This document shows positions 36,754-46,076 of a stretch of 64,000 nt of DNA, one piece after another. This DNA comes from a virus (lineage: Duplodnaviria; Heunggongvirae; Uroviricota; Caudoviricetes). The first letter of the stretch is position 1. Every line of letters begins with the position of its first letter. Location of the stretch: the IMG/VR virus record IMGVR_UViG_3300030000_000409, positions 10,284 through 74,283 of that record; one strand, 5' to 3'. The notes beneath the pieces were generated by a model that had not been told where the DNA came from, searched no databases, and was given only the letters and a program-made list of their open reading frames with translations. The position numbers and the translations under genes were made by a program.

Positions 36754-36762
36754 TGATATAAT
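36754..36762 (+). promoter_or_regulatory. early promoter, extended -10
   Basis: tgtgaTATAAT upstream of 36796. Confidence 0.45.
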
Positions 36763-36795
36763 AAACACTTATCAAATTTACTCTTAAGTTAAAAA

Positions 36796-37764
36796 ATGTC
36801 AAATACAGCACTTCTTTCCCTTGATAGTCGCACAAACAAATGGACAGCAATTTATGCTGGTCAAGTGGTAGCAGCATCTTTCAGTAAGGACTATGTTGTT
36901 AACGGTATTAAAGAAGGTCGATGCGGTAAAGCCAAAAAGCTGAATGTGACAAACGTTCGAGAATTTGGAACCCCCGTTTTTGAACTTGATGCACCAACCA
37001 TTGAATCCTCTGAACGTTTTAACATCAATGAACGTTTTGATTTTCTTTCTGATTTTGTCAGAATGGTTGCTACTGGAACTTCACCTTCTCTCATTGTTAC
37101 GGGTGAAGGTGGTCTGGGTAAAACATTCACAGTCAACAAAACGTTGGTTAAATGTGGAATGAAGAAGATCGATTCTGTCACTTCTGATGGAACCCCTACT
37201 GAAGTATGTGCTCACGGTGGAGATTCAAAATCCTACGTTGTCATTAAAGGCTTCTCTACAGCTAAAGGTCTCTACCGAATCCTTTATGAAAACCGCAAGC
37301 GAATCATTATTTTTGATGATTGCGATGATGTTCTGAAGAACCCAACTGCACTGCTTATTCTTAAAGGTGCATTGGATAGTTATGAAGAACGTGTTGTTGA
37401 TTGGCGGTCTGAAGGTTTCATGGATGATGGTCTCCCTCGGTCCTTCATGTTTGAAGGTGGAGTTATCTTCATCAGCAATCTTCCTATCTATAAAGTTGAT
37501 CAAGCAATCCGCTCTCGTGCAATCTGTGTTGATGTGTCAATGACTGTTGATCAGAAAATCGAACGTATGGGTAACATCATCAAGTCTGGTGATTTTCTCC
37601 CAGATCACAGCGATGAGACTAAAGAAGCTGCTCTCGCATTCCTCACTCGGATGCGGAATGAAGCGAAGGAACTTTCTCTTCGTACTTTGATCTCTGTCAC
37701 GAAGGTTGCAAGTCTCGGAGATAACTGGGAACGTCGAGCAGAATACCTGTTGACTTCTGTCTAA
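36796..37764 (+). CDS. SF3/AAA-like P-loop NTPase, intein-free paralog of 27400..29367
   Basis: Walker A TGEGGLGKTFTV, Walker B KRIIIFDDCDDV, motif C-like GGVIFISNLP, plus RSRA. Collinear with the C-terminal half of the intein-containing ATPase. Confidence 0.6.
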   Translation: MSNTALLSLDSRTNKWTAIYAGQVVAASFSKDYVVNGIKEGRCGKAKKLNVTNVREFGTPVFELDAPTIESSERFNINERFDFLSDFVRMVATGTSPSLIVTGEGGLGKTFTVNKTLVKCGMKKIDSVTSDGTPTEVCAHGGDSKSYVVIKGFSTAKGLYRILYENRKRIIIFDDCDDVLKNPTALLILKGALDSYEERVVDWRSEGFMDDGLPRSFMFEGGVIFISNLPIYKVDQAIRSRAICVDVSMTVDQKIERMGNIIKSGDFLPDHSDETKEAALAFLTRMRNEAKELSLRTLISVTKVASLGDNWERRAEYLLTSV

Positions 37765-37804
37765 AAATAAAAATCACATAACCCAACACTAAACTTGGGT
37801 TATG

Positions 37805-37813
37805 TGATATAAT
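37805..37813 (+). promoter_or_regulatory. early promoter, extended -10, overlapping a hairpin
   Basis: tgtgaTATAAT. An 11-bp hairpin CACATAACCCA..TGGGTTATGTG overlaps the TG/-10 region. The conserved leader ..TTGAAAGTTCAAAATG follows. Confidence 0.5.
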
Positions 37814-38797
37814 AAATCATCTCAATAAATTTTGAAAGTTCAAAATGTTTGCTAATCAATTTGTTCGTGTCACGAATGGTTTTACTGATCGTCAACGGCA
37901 GGCTGCCGAACTTCTTATTGCAGGAGTTGCCTTTCAAGAAGATGGTAAAACTTGGCATGTTATTAGCCATGATGGTGATGAAATTGGTAAGATGAGCACG
38001 TTCATTGTGAGTGAAACAACTCACATGTTGAAAAAGGCTGGATTGAAACTGAATAACTCGGAGTTCTACAGAGGCCCACATGCCCACCCCTGCCCGCCCT
38101 TTCCTGGTGCACAAGTTGTTACTTTTGCACATAATGGATTTCCACGAGATGAGATGGAAACAATGATGAATCGTCGGTTCAAACGACCACTGACACTTAT
38201 GTAAAAGGAATTTTTATGACAGAAGTATATGCTCCATTTATTGCGGCCATGAAGAAGTTCGCCGAGGCACAGGAATTGATGTCTCGGGGTCCAGGTGATT
38301 TCTATGTTAAGCAAATGGTGGGGGCTTACATTTATTTGATGGAGAATTTTGCTCCATTCAAAGCAGGTGACAAAGTGGTTCTAGTTAAACTACTGTCTCC
38401 ATTTCCTAGCGGTTGGGCACATTGTAAACACTTTATCAAAATTGGGGCAAAGTGTGAGGTACGTCATATCATCTGCGATGAAAATGGATTTATCGTAGAA
38501 GTAATGTTTGACGATGAAAGTTGGGTTGACAGCGCAGGTGGAATAAATCCAGTCGAAGAATTCAATAAACATACTTTCACTTTTAGAAGTGATTCGTTTT
38601 GTGAAGATTTCTAAAGGTGACTCAGATGAATGATATATGTGCATGCTTAGGTCCCAGAGATGATGAACCGTATTGTATGTGTGAAATGATTAGACGCGGT
38701 TTAAAGACCTCGAAAGATTATGAATGGTCTCAAGAAGAAAAGGACCGTCTTACACTAGCACTGAACGGAATTTTTAATAAAAGAGAACAGAAAAAGA

Positions 38798-39580
38798 ATG
38801 AAATTTCTAATCCAACATAACCTCATGAATGAGCAGCAACTTCACCAATCTGAAGTTGCAGTTAAACCTTATCCCCACGAATTTGTTGGGGTGATTCCGT
38901 TTTCGCGAGAGATAACATCCAATGAACCACTTGTAGGAAAGGAATTTATTCCTTATGGTTCAACTTTGCTAATCACCCTCGGTGCACAATTCGGATGGCG
39001 AGGACTGCATTTTGATTTGACACAGATGAATTATCGGAATTTTTTGAAACATCATCCTGATATGTTGAATGACAATGTGATGACCGTTGAGAATGCTGTT
39101 GAGTGGTTGAAACATGTTCGACCAGAGACAGAAATTTTTACCCGCCCTAGTGAAGATTTGAAACAGTACTCTGGTCAAGTCATGACTGCCGGAGAAATTC
39201 TCCCTTGGTTCCAATCAATGATGGATGCAGTTGGTGGTGGATCGTATTACATGGCCCCAGAGACTGAAGTAGTTCTATCTTCACCGAAGAATGTTGATGC
39301 TGAATGGCGCTGGTTTATTGTTGGTGGAAAAATCATTGATGGTTCAATGTATCGTGCTCACAATCAGCTTCGTAAACTCCATGAAGATGACCAGACAGTT
39401 ATAGATGAGGCTCAGGCCTTAGCAGATAAATGGGTGCCTGATCAATGTGTAGTTATGGACACAGCTTTGGTCGAGGACACCGTGAAGGTCATCGAATTTA
39501 ACTGCATCAACTCGAGTGGCATGTACGACAATGACGTAAACAAAATCTTTAAGGCACTCTGGGAATATCATGAGAAATAA
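38798..39580 (+). CDS. ATP-grasp-fold protein (putative ligase)
   Basis: C-terminal DTVKVIEFNCINSSGMY resembles the ATP-grasp (.VIEVNSSPG.) motif. The rest of the fold cannot be verified by eye. Confidence 0.35.
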   Translation: MKFLIQHNLMNEQQLHQSEVAVKPYPHEFVGVIPFSREITSNEPLVGKEFIPYGSTLLITLGAQFGWRGLHFDLTQMNYRNFLKHHPDMLNDNVMTVENAVEWLKHVRPETEIFTRPSEDLKQYSGQVMTAGEILPWFQSMMDAVGGGSYYMAPETEVVLSSPKNVDAEWRWFIVGGKIIDGSMYRAHNQLRKLHEDDQTVIDEAQALADKWVPDQCVVMDTALVEDTVKVIEFNCINSSGMYDNDVNKIFKALWEYHEK

Positions 39581-39867
39581 ATATCAAGCACGGTGTTTCG
39601 TTTGTCAACGTCTTGTTCACGTGGGTGAGGGTGAGACAAACATGTTCAATGGGCAATGGCTTACTCGACATGCTGATGATCCCAACTGTGTCCGCGTAGC
39701 CCAGCGACCACAAGAAACCCAACAACACATGTATTACAAATCAGTTGAAGAAGAATTGAGTGATGCGGAATTGATGGAAATGTGTTCGGCTTCCGATTTC
39801 GAAGACCTTATGGGTATCGGTTGGGAAAGATAATCAAAAATAACCCAAGTTTACTTGGGAAGTAGTG

Positions 39868-39873
39868 TATAAT
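39868..39873 (+). promoter_or_regulatory. early promoter -10 with upstream hairpin and conserved leader
   Basis: gtgTATAAT. The hairpin CCCAAGT-TTA-ACTTGGG lies upstream, and the leader ..TTGAAAGTTAAAAATG resembles those at 37845 and 45906. Confidence 0.45.
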
Positions 39874-40328
39874 ATATCATCTTAACAAATCTTGAAAGTT
39901 AAAAATGACCGATTATTTTGTTATTTTCCACAAAGAAACAACACACAAACTGAAATGCACAAAAGCAAGTAAATCGTCCTATTCGACGGTTGGTGCAGCT
40001 CGAGCTGCCTTGACTCGGGCAAAACGTGCTGGCCAAGCTGATGACAACTATGTTGTTGATACTGTTGCTAATTTCTCGAAACTGGAAAAAACTCATCAAG
40101 TTCGCAATTTGATGACAGGGCAACTTGTTAGCCAATCAGTGAATACTCCACGTTGTTGTGATGTAAGTTCTGAATTGTATTGGAGTATGTAATGAAATCT
40201 CTTGAGATTTTTCTGTGGAATTTTGGATATGAATGTCTTCAAATTCTTTCAGTTTTCCTTCTCATGACGATTATCTACGTCATCAAAGAGAATGTGTGTA
40301 AAACCCTAATCAAGGAATTGGTTAATAA

Positions 40329-40577
40329 ATGAAGAAACTTTTGCTATGTGTTCCGTTCTTGTTGGTCGGGTGTGGTGTTCATACACCTTCTCAACCAGAA
40401 GTCAAAATTGTTCAAGATCAATGTATCCGTGAAAGGGTTTTCCTGTCTTGTTTGACGATCATGAACCAAAATAAACAAAAGGTTGATGTACCAAATGAGG
40501 TGGTCAAAGAATGTTCAACTCAAGCATACTACATCAGTCAGCGGACTGAAACTGTTGTTGATAAGTTGTGTAAATAA
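40329..40577 (+). CDS. small lipoprotein (lipobox LLVGC)
   Basis: MKKLLLCVPFLLVGC|GV is a signal peptidase II lipobox. Confidence 0.5.
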   Translation: MKKLLLCVPFLLVGCGVHTPSQPEVKIVQDQCIRERVFLSCLTIMNQNKQKVDVPNEVVKECSTQAYYISQRTETVVDKLCK

Positions 40578-42429
40578 TTTTTAGAAAGAAAATATCATGT
40601 TGGAAAAAATTGCTGCTATCGCTGGTCTACGTTTCAATGAAGCTGATACATTCAATATGGCAAAACTTCAGCGAATTGCTGATTTGGTTCCTAAAGAGTT
40701 TCCTGTTGGAAGTGAAGGTTTTCCCCATGTGGTAGAAACTGCAGTGAAATGGGAAGACAACATGGGTGTCTACATGTTTCAAGAAATGGCAAATGCTTTG
40801 ATGGCAGAACCTGCAGAACGTGTATTACTCATCAAATCTTCTCCTAAGGGAGAACGTATTAAGGTAGCAGCAGCTAATGGAATTCGATATTCCTTCGGTC
40901 CTATTTGGAATGATTCCATCAAGAAGGGTAAAGGTATTGCTTTTGTTGAAGCAAATCGTGCAAAATTGAATCATCAAGCTGGTATGTTGGGTATCTTGAC
41001 TCCAGAACAATTGGATATTGCAGTACTTGCTACTCAAATGGTTCCTCTATTGGGATAATATCATGTATTTATACACCCCAAATAAGCAGCTATTAGCAGT
41101 TTATTTAGAAACAAAAAAGATTCCATATACAGGTACGTATATGCTTGTTTCTTCTTGGTTGCATTCATCTGATCATTCATATGTTGCAACGTTTGATAGG
41201 TATTGGACAAAAACTAAATTCTTCAGTGAGCAAAAAGTGAGCATGATTCCTGTAAATGGAACTCTTTATCCTGTTGAATGTTTTGAAGAGACAGAAGTAT
41301 GACACCGGAACATGAACGATATGCTTGGCTTCGAGATGGTAAATCACATTGGAGTGGTTGGGGTGGATCTGCTCCATTCGTTATGAGTCCAAATCGTTCA
41401 AGGCTATATGCAATTGCTGTAGTTCGGGCTGCAGCCCTCGATGCTGAAATTGATGCAGATATTATCAACACGACAGTTGAAAATCTACATGCTGAAAACG
41501 CAATTATTGAACGAGAACTTATGCCACCACCCATCGACCGGTACAGTGATGAATACTCAGATGCGCTTTATAAGTTGGCTCAGTCTGAATTGGGGTGGAC
41601 AGATGAAAGAACTTTGATTGCAATGAACTTTGGAAAAAGGAGCGAATGATGGATGATACATTTTGCAAACAGCTAACAGCTAATGATGCCCGCTCATTGA
41701 GTCTGAATTCAGTACAAACACAAGAACGGTATATTGATGTGCGTAATTACATCAATGAGGGTATTTACAATGTTGCCTTTGGTAAGGGTGGTGAACTAGG
41801 TGGTGAAAGAGAGTACACATGTGATAAGGATGTTTCTAAAATGTTTGCTAAACATTTGTCAGAGCATTTTACGTCACTTGGATTCAACACTACTATTTAC
41901 CAAAAGTGCGGGCCAAATGTGAATACTATTCGAGTTTCTTGGTAAGCTATGAACACTGTAGACAAAATTATTCTGGAAGCTTCTTCATTACCTCCAAAAA
42001 CCAAGGGGGAAAAGGGGTTTCGACAAGTATGGTTTACTCGACCAGAAATGAAAGCTGCTATTTTAGCAACTGTTAACAAACTATTGGAACAAAAAGGTTC
42101 TGAACAGTTTACTGTTGAAGATCAACGTAAACTATTCTTTAAGGAGAATTGAAATGATGAATGCAAACACTGCACGGGCAATGACGATGGAAGGCCAACG
42201 TCAACAACGAATCAAGGATCAAGAGACACTTGATAAGATTGAAAATGCTATTAAAGTAGCTGCACTTAAGGGTGATACTAAAGTAACGTACAATATCAAT
42301 TTCTCTCGAGTAAGTGAGATAGCTGAGATTTTAGAAAACGAGGGATACACTACCTCAATTTTTAATTCTGGGCGCAATGAGCAATCATTTAACATTTCCT
42401 GGGAATCAATTCCAGCTAGGGAGTTTTAA

Positions 42430-42828
42430 ATGCTAAAAAATGCAGTATGTCTGTTACAACCATTCGGTGATAAGTATCTTTCTATTTCTCGTAGACACAA
42501 TCCTTTTAAAATGGGTCTTGTTGGAGGAAAAGTGGATGGAGATGAGACCTTAGAGGAGGCTTTAGTTAGAGAAACATTAGAGGAAACAGGAATGATTCTT
42601 GATCCTACTAAGCTCACTAAGCTTTATACTGGAATCTGCGATGGAGAACAAGTTTTCTTGGTTACTACATTTCTTGGTGTTTACAAAGACACTAAAGACA
42701 TCAGTAGACTGACACCTGAAGAAGGAATGATCATCAGTTTACTTACTGAAGAACAACTCTGCGATCCTAGCATTTCTCCATTCGCAGAATACAATGTACT
42801 TGTTTTCGAACAGTTGAAAAATATTTGA
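42430..42828 (+). CDS. NUDIX hydrolase
   Basis: Nudix box GGKVDGDETLEEALVRETLEETG (G.5E.7REUXEEXGU). Confidence 0.7.
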   Translation: MLKNAVCLLQPFGDKYLSISRRHNPFKMGLVGGKVDGDETLEEALVRETLEETGMILDPTKLTKLYTGICDGEQVFLVTTFLGVYKDTKDISRLTPEEGMIISLLTEEQLCDPSISPFAEYNVLVFEQLKNI

Positions 42829-42876
42829 AAATAATTGCATTTATTTACCGGAAACTGTGTACTTTTGAGAAAACTA

Positions 42877-42885
42877 TGGTATAAT
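42877..42885 (+). promoter_or_regulatory. early promoter, extended -10
   Basis: tggTATAAT upstream of 42961. Confidence 0.45.
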
Positions 42886-42960
42886 TACTACATCAACCAA
42901 TAAAAAACAAATTGTTGGTTGATAAAAAACTTTTTTATAACCTTTGATGAAAGAAATACG

Positions 42961-43359
42961 ATGTCTAAATCTCTTACTGTTGCTCAATTGGTCTCTTACG
43001 CTCTGACCGTTAACACTTCTTTGACTTCTGATGAAGCTCTGAAGATGATCCGGACCCAAAAGCTGCGTTCCTACACCCGTGTTGCTGAAGCTGTTAAGGC
43101 TGCAATGGTTCCTGTTGCTGTTAAGACTGCAAAGTCCAAAACCGGTCCTCGCGGCTTCACCTTCGGTCCAGTGTTCAAGGCTGCTGTTGCTACCGCTTCT
43201 GGTGTTGCTGTTAAGCCTTCTAATCGTGCAAAGCTTGTTCAACTGGCTGCAAAGTTCAATGTTGAAATCGACGATTCCTTCAATGAAGTTGAAATCGCTA
43301 CCAAGATCGCAGCTTCTGCAGAATTCTCCAACGAATTCGCAACTGCTCTCAATGCCTAA
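42961..43359 (+). CDS. small Ala/Lys/Val-rich protein with high-expression codon usage (possible nucleic-acid-binding protein)
   Basis: MSKSLTVAQL...AVKTAKSKTGPRGFTFGPVFKAAVATASGVAVK. GCT/GTT/AAG/CGT codon bias is distinct from its neighbours. It sits between a strong promoter and a terminator. Confidence 0.4.
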   Translation: MSKSLTVAQLVSYALTVNTSLTSDEALKMIRTQKLRSYTRVAEAVKAAMVPVAVKTAKSKTGPRGFTFGPVFKAAVATASGVAVKPSNRAKLVQLAAKFNVEIDDSFNEVEIATKIAASAEFSNEFATALNA

Positions 43360-43387
43360 ATTCTGACCTTAAAGAGGTCATAAATAA

Positions 43388-43417
43388 AGGGTATCATTTG
43401 ATACCCTTTATTGTTTC
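43388..43417 (+). terminator. rho-independent terminator
   Basis: AGGGTATCA-TT-TGATACCCT followed by TTATTGTTT. A second hairpin, TGACCT..AGGTCA, lies at 43364-43380. Confidence 0.6.
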
Positions 43418-43429
43418 TGGAGATATTTT

Positions 43430-43996
43430 ATGTCAGTATTTTTTACATCCGATTTGCATCTGTACCATAAGAACGTAATTACGTTCTGTAATAGACCATG
43501 GAAAAATGAAGTGGATATGAATCAAGGTCTATTACAGAACTGGAACTCAAAGGTTGGGCAAGATGACACTATCTATATTTTGGGGGATGTGTTCTTTTGT
43601 GGGATGACTGAAGCCATCAATTTCATCCAGCGACTAAATGGACAAAAATTACTGGTATATGGAAATCATGATAAGGTAATTCGTAATAATGTTCGTCTTC
43701 AACAAGAGTTTGAAATTCTCCCTGAGCTTCATCAAACTTATATAGAAGGTGTGCATGTGAGTATGAGTCATTATCCTCTTCTGTCTTGGAATAAAGCGCA
43801 TCACGGTGCTTTCATGTTGCATGGACATGTTCATAGCTCAAAAACTACTGATGGTCGTGTTCGTAGATATGACGTTGGTGTAGATGCAAATAACTATGCA
43901 CCTGTTGCATGGGAAGAAATTAAGAGGGTCCTTGAAAAGATTGAACCCAGAGATGGTGATCCTACTCGTTCAGCACGAGGTGCTAAAGCAGATTAA
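43430..43996 (+). CDS. calcineurin-like metallophosphoesterase
   Basis: FTSDLHLYH ... YILGDVFF ... VYGNHD ... GHVH: metallophosphoesterase motifs I-IV. Confidence 0.65.
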   Translation: MSVFFTSDLHLYHKNVITFCNRPWKNEVDMNQGLLQNWNSKVGQDDTIYILGDVFFCGMTEAINFIQRLNGQKLLVYGNHDKVIRNNVRLQQEFEILPELHQTYIEGVHVSMSHYPLLSWNKAHHGAFMLHGHVHSSKTTDGRVRRYDVGVDANNYAPVAWEEIKRVLEKIEPRDGDPTRSARGAKAD

Positions 43997-44417
43997 TAAA
44001 CTGCTTAATTCCTGGGTGTAATGGTTTTGGCCATTCACCCTTTTTTATCCACCGGAAATCGACATTCTCCCAATTCAATTCTGGCTCAAATTCTTCTGGA
44101 ACAGTTCCTACGAAATTGTGATAAATGAAATCTATTTTACTGTCATCGAAAGTAAATATTGGTTTCAGGTTTATCTGACCATCATACCCGGCTTCCTCGA
44201 ATAGTTCTCTTTTAGCTGCTTGTTCGGGAGTCTCTCTTTCATCTATTTCACCTCCAAATCCTGCCCAGGTCAATGGAGAAGAAACATGTCTACAACGTAG
44301 GGTGAATAGATATCGTTCTGTCTTTTCACAATATGGTATAACACCAGCTCCTCTAAACTGTATGACTATCTCCGATAGTTCTTCTATTTCTCTTATTAAG
44401 AAGTCTTTAAAATTCAT
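43983..44417 (-). CDS. NUDIX hydrolase
   Basis: Nudix box GGEIDERETPEQAAKRELFEEAG. Confidence 0.7.
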   Translation of the reverse strand: MNFKDFLIREIEELSEIVIQFRGAGVIPYCEKTERYLFTLRCRHVSSPLTWAGFGGEIDERETPEQAAKRELFEEAGYDGQINLKPIFTFDDSKIDFIYHNFVGTVPEEFEPELNWENVDFRWIKKGEWPKPLHPGIKQFINLL

Positions 44418-45099
44418 GATTTATTTCTAATAGTTTAAAAAGATCGTTTACGAAAGTAGTGCCATTATCAATTCTGACCCCAATATAACTATCACCTGTC
44501 AACAGAATATCTTCGTATCCAATTTTAAGGACATGAGTTAACCCCTTAGCATCATCAATATTTTGTGGGTTTAAACCACCAATCTCTTTAGCAAGAAAAT
44601 CAATCTTTTCTTCATGAGTGGTAGATTCATCACGAATTATTCTGTATCCACTTAATGCGCTAATTTCATGGAAAGAATAACCTGTTGTAACTCTAGTAAA
44701 TACTGTTACATCCCATCCATCTTTTGGGAATATCACATATACATTACCCCAATCATCAGCCAAATCTATATTCGTAGTACAGAAAATAGCATTCTTTCTA
44801 GTAGCTCTCAATCCTAGTTTTAAAAAAGCATCATGAAGAATCTCATGAAATTCAGGTTTCATTTCAACTGGGCGTCTATCAGGTCTTATTCCTGTGATGA
44901 TAACCTTTTTGCTTTCTCCTCTAAGACCACGATACAAAAAATCTCTAGCCTGTTTATAAGCTTCCACCGCGTCTTTACAGTTATGCTTAATTGTTTCAGC
45001 TAATTTTTCAATATCATTTATCTTTGTGATACCTGAATCTTCATCAGGGTTAGCAAGATCATGAACTTTATATCTATCTAAAATTTCGTATACTTTCAT
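44407..45099 (-). CDS. MKVYEILD-family paralog (member of the MK[LV][HY]E[LI][FL][ED] family)
   Basis: MKVYEILDRY...FLYRGL...IRPDRRPVEM...NAIFCTTN. Paralogous to the adjacent upstream gene and, more distantly, to the 14034/14955/15868 genes. Confidence 0.4.
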   Translation of the reverse strand: MKVYEILDRYKVHDLANPDEDSGITKINDIEKLAETIKHNCKDAVEAYKQARDFLYRGLRGESKKVIITGIRPDRRPVEMKPEFHEILHDAFLKLGLRATRKNAIFCTTNIDLADDWGNVYVIFPKDGWDVTVFTRVTTGYSFHEISALSGYRIIRDESTTHEEKIDFLAKEIGGLNPQNIDDAKGLTHVLKIGYEDILLTGDSYIGVRIDNGTTFVNDLFKLLEINHEF

Positions 45100-45770
45100 T
45101 TTATTCCTAATATTTTTAACGTTTCACGTGAGAAAGGAGATGAATATCTTAAACCTAAATATTTTGAACCTGTTATTAAAATGTCAACATAATTCGAATT
45201 GATAATATTTGATAAATGACTTGAAGATGAAAATTGTAATGGTGTCTTTTTGAGTAATTGTTCTTTGATGTATTCTACTTGTTTAGTTTCATCTTCTTCA
45301 AATTCCATTATTGCATCATCAACGACCCTCATAGCATAATTGAAAACATAATCAGTTCTAATGTCTTTAAAAATTGTTCCAGACCAACCATCCTTAACAA
45401 AGATTATATATGGCTCACCCCAACTATTAGCAACATATTTATCACTAGAGCAAAAGATAGAATTGGTTCTATTTGCTTTTAAGCCTATCAAATCAAAAGC
45501 TTTTGTTAATAATTTTTGATTGTTCGGCCCCATGTAAAGTGGTTTTCTATCCGGTCTTATGTGGGCACCTATAATATCAGCATCTTTTTCCTCTTTGATA
45601 CCTCTAAATAATCTTCCGTGACTATTGCTGTATGCATCAACAAATGTTTTATATTCTCTTTTTAAGAGCTCAGCTGCCTGTTCAGGACTATGAATTGCCA
45701 TAATTGAAGAGTCAGTTGGGTTCTTAAGATTGTGTGCAAGATATGGATCTAAAATTTCGTATACTTTCAT
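45096..45770 (-). CDS. MKVYEILD-family paralog
   Basis: MKVYEILDPY...RLFRGI...IRPDRKPLYM...NSIFCSSD. Confidence 0.4.
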   Translation of the reverse strand: MKVYEILDPYLAHNLKNPTDSSIMAIHSPEQAAELLKREYKTFVDAYSNSHGRLFRGIKEEKDADIIGAHIRPDRKPLYMGPNNQKLLTKAFDLIGLKANRTNSIFCSSDKYVANSWGEPYIIFVKDGWSGTIFKDIRTDYVFNYAMRVVDDAIMEFEEDETKQVEYIKEQLLKKTPLQFSSSSHLSNIINSNYVDILITGSKYLGLRYSSPFSRETLKILGIK

Positions 45771-45867
45771 GTGCTCTCCATTTGATAGATTATTTATTCA
45801 AAATAGTTATTTTTCAAACTGATTCGTGTTAAAAGAAAATAAATTGTACATTTAACTTGAATCAGTG

Positions 45868-45873
45868 TATAAT
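45868..45873 (+). promoter_or_regulatory. early promoter -10 with conserved leader
   Basis: gtgTATAAT and the leader ..CAGAAAGTTCAAAATG. Confidence 0.4.
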
Positions 45874-45905
45874 TACTTATCTTCAAATTATTCAGAAAGT
45901 TCAAA

Positions 45906-46076
45906 ATGACTACAGTTGCAGAAATCACCAAAGAATCTCGTGACATCTATTCCAAAATGACCAAGTCTCAACTGTATAAAGAGTTGATGGATTACGGTGT
46001 TAACCCCACTGGTATGACTGAATCCGAAGCAATCACGACTTTGGTTGATTTGGATGTCAAAGCTTTCACCCACTAA
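45906..46076 (+). CDS. small protein (56 aa) missed by the ORF track
   Basis: ATG preceded by the conserved early leader GAAAGTTCAAAATG. Complete ORF MTTVAEITKESRDIYSKMTKSQLYKELMDYGVNPTGMTESEAITTLVDLDVKAFTH. The 95-aa minus-strand ORF listed here is probably spurious. Confidence 0.4.
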   Translation: MTTVAEITKESRDIYSKMTKSQLYKELMDYGVNPTGMTESEAITTLVDLDVKAFTH

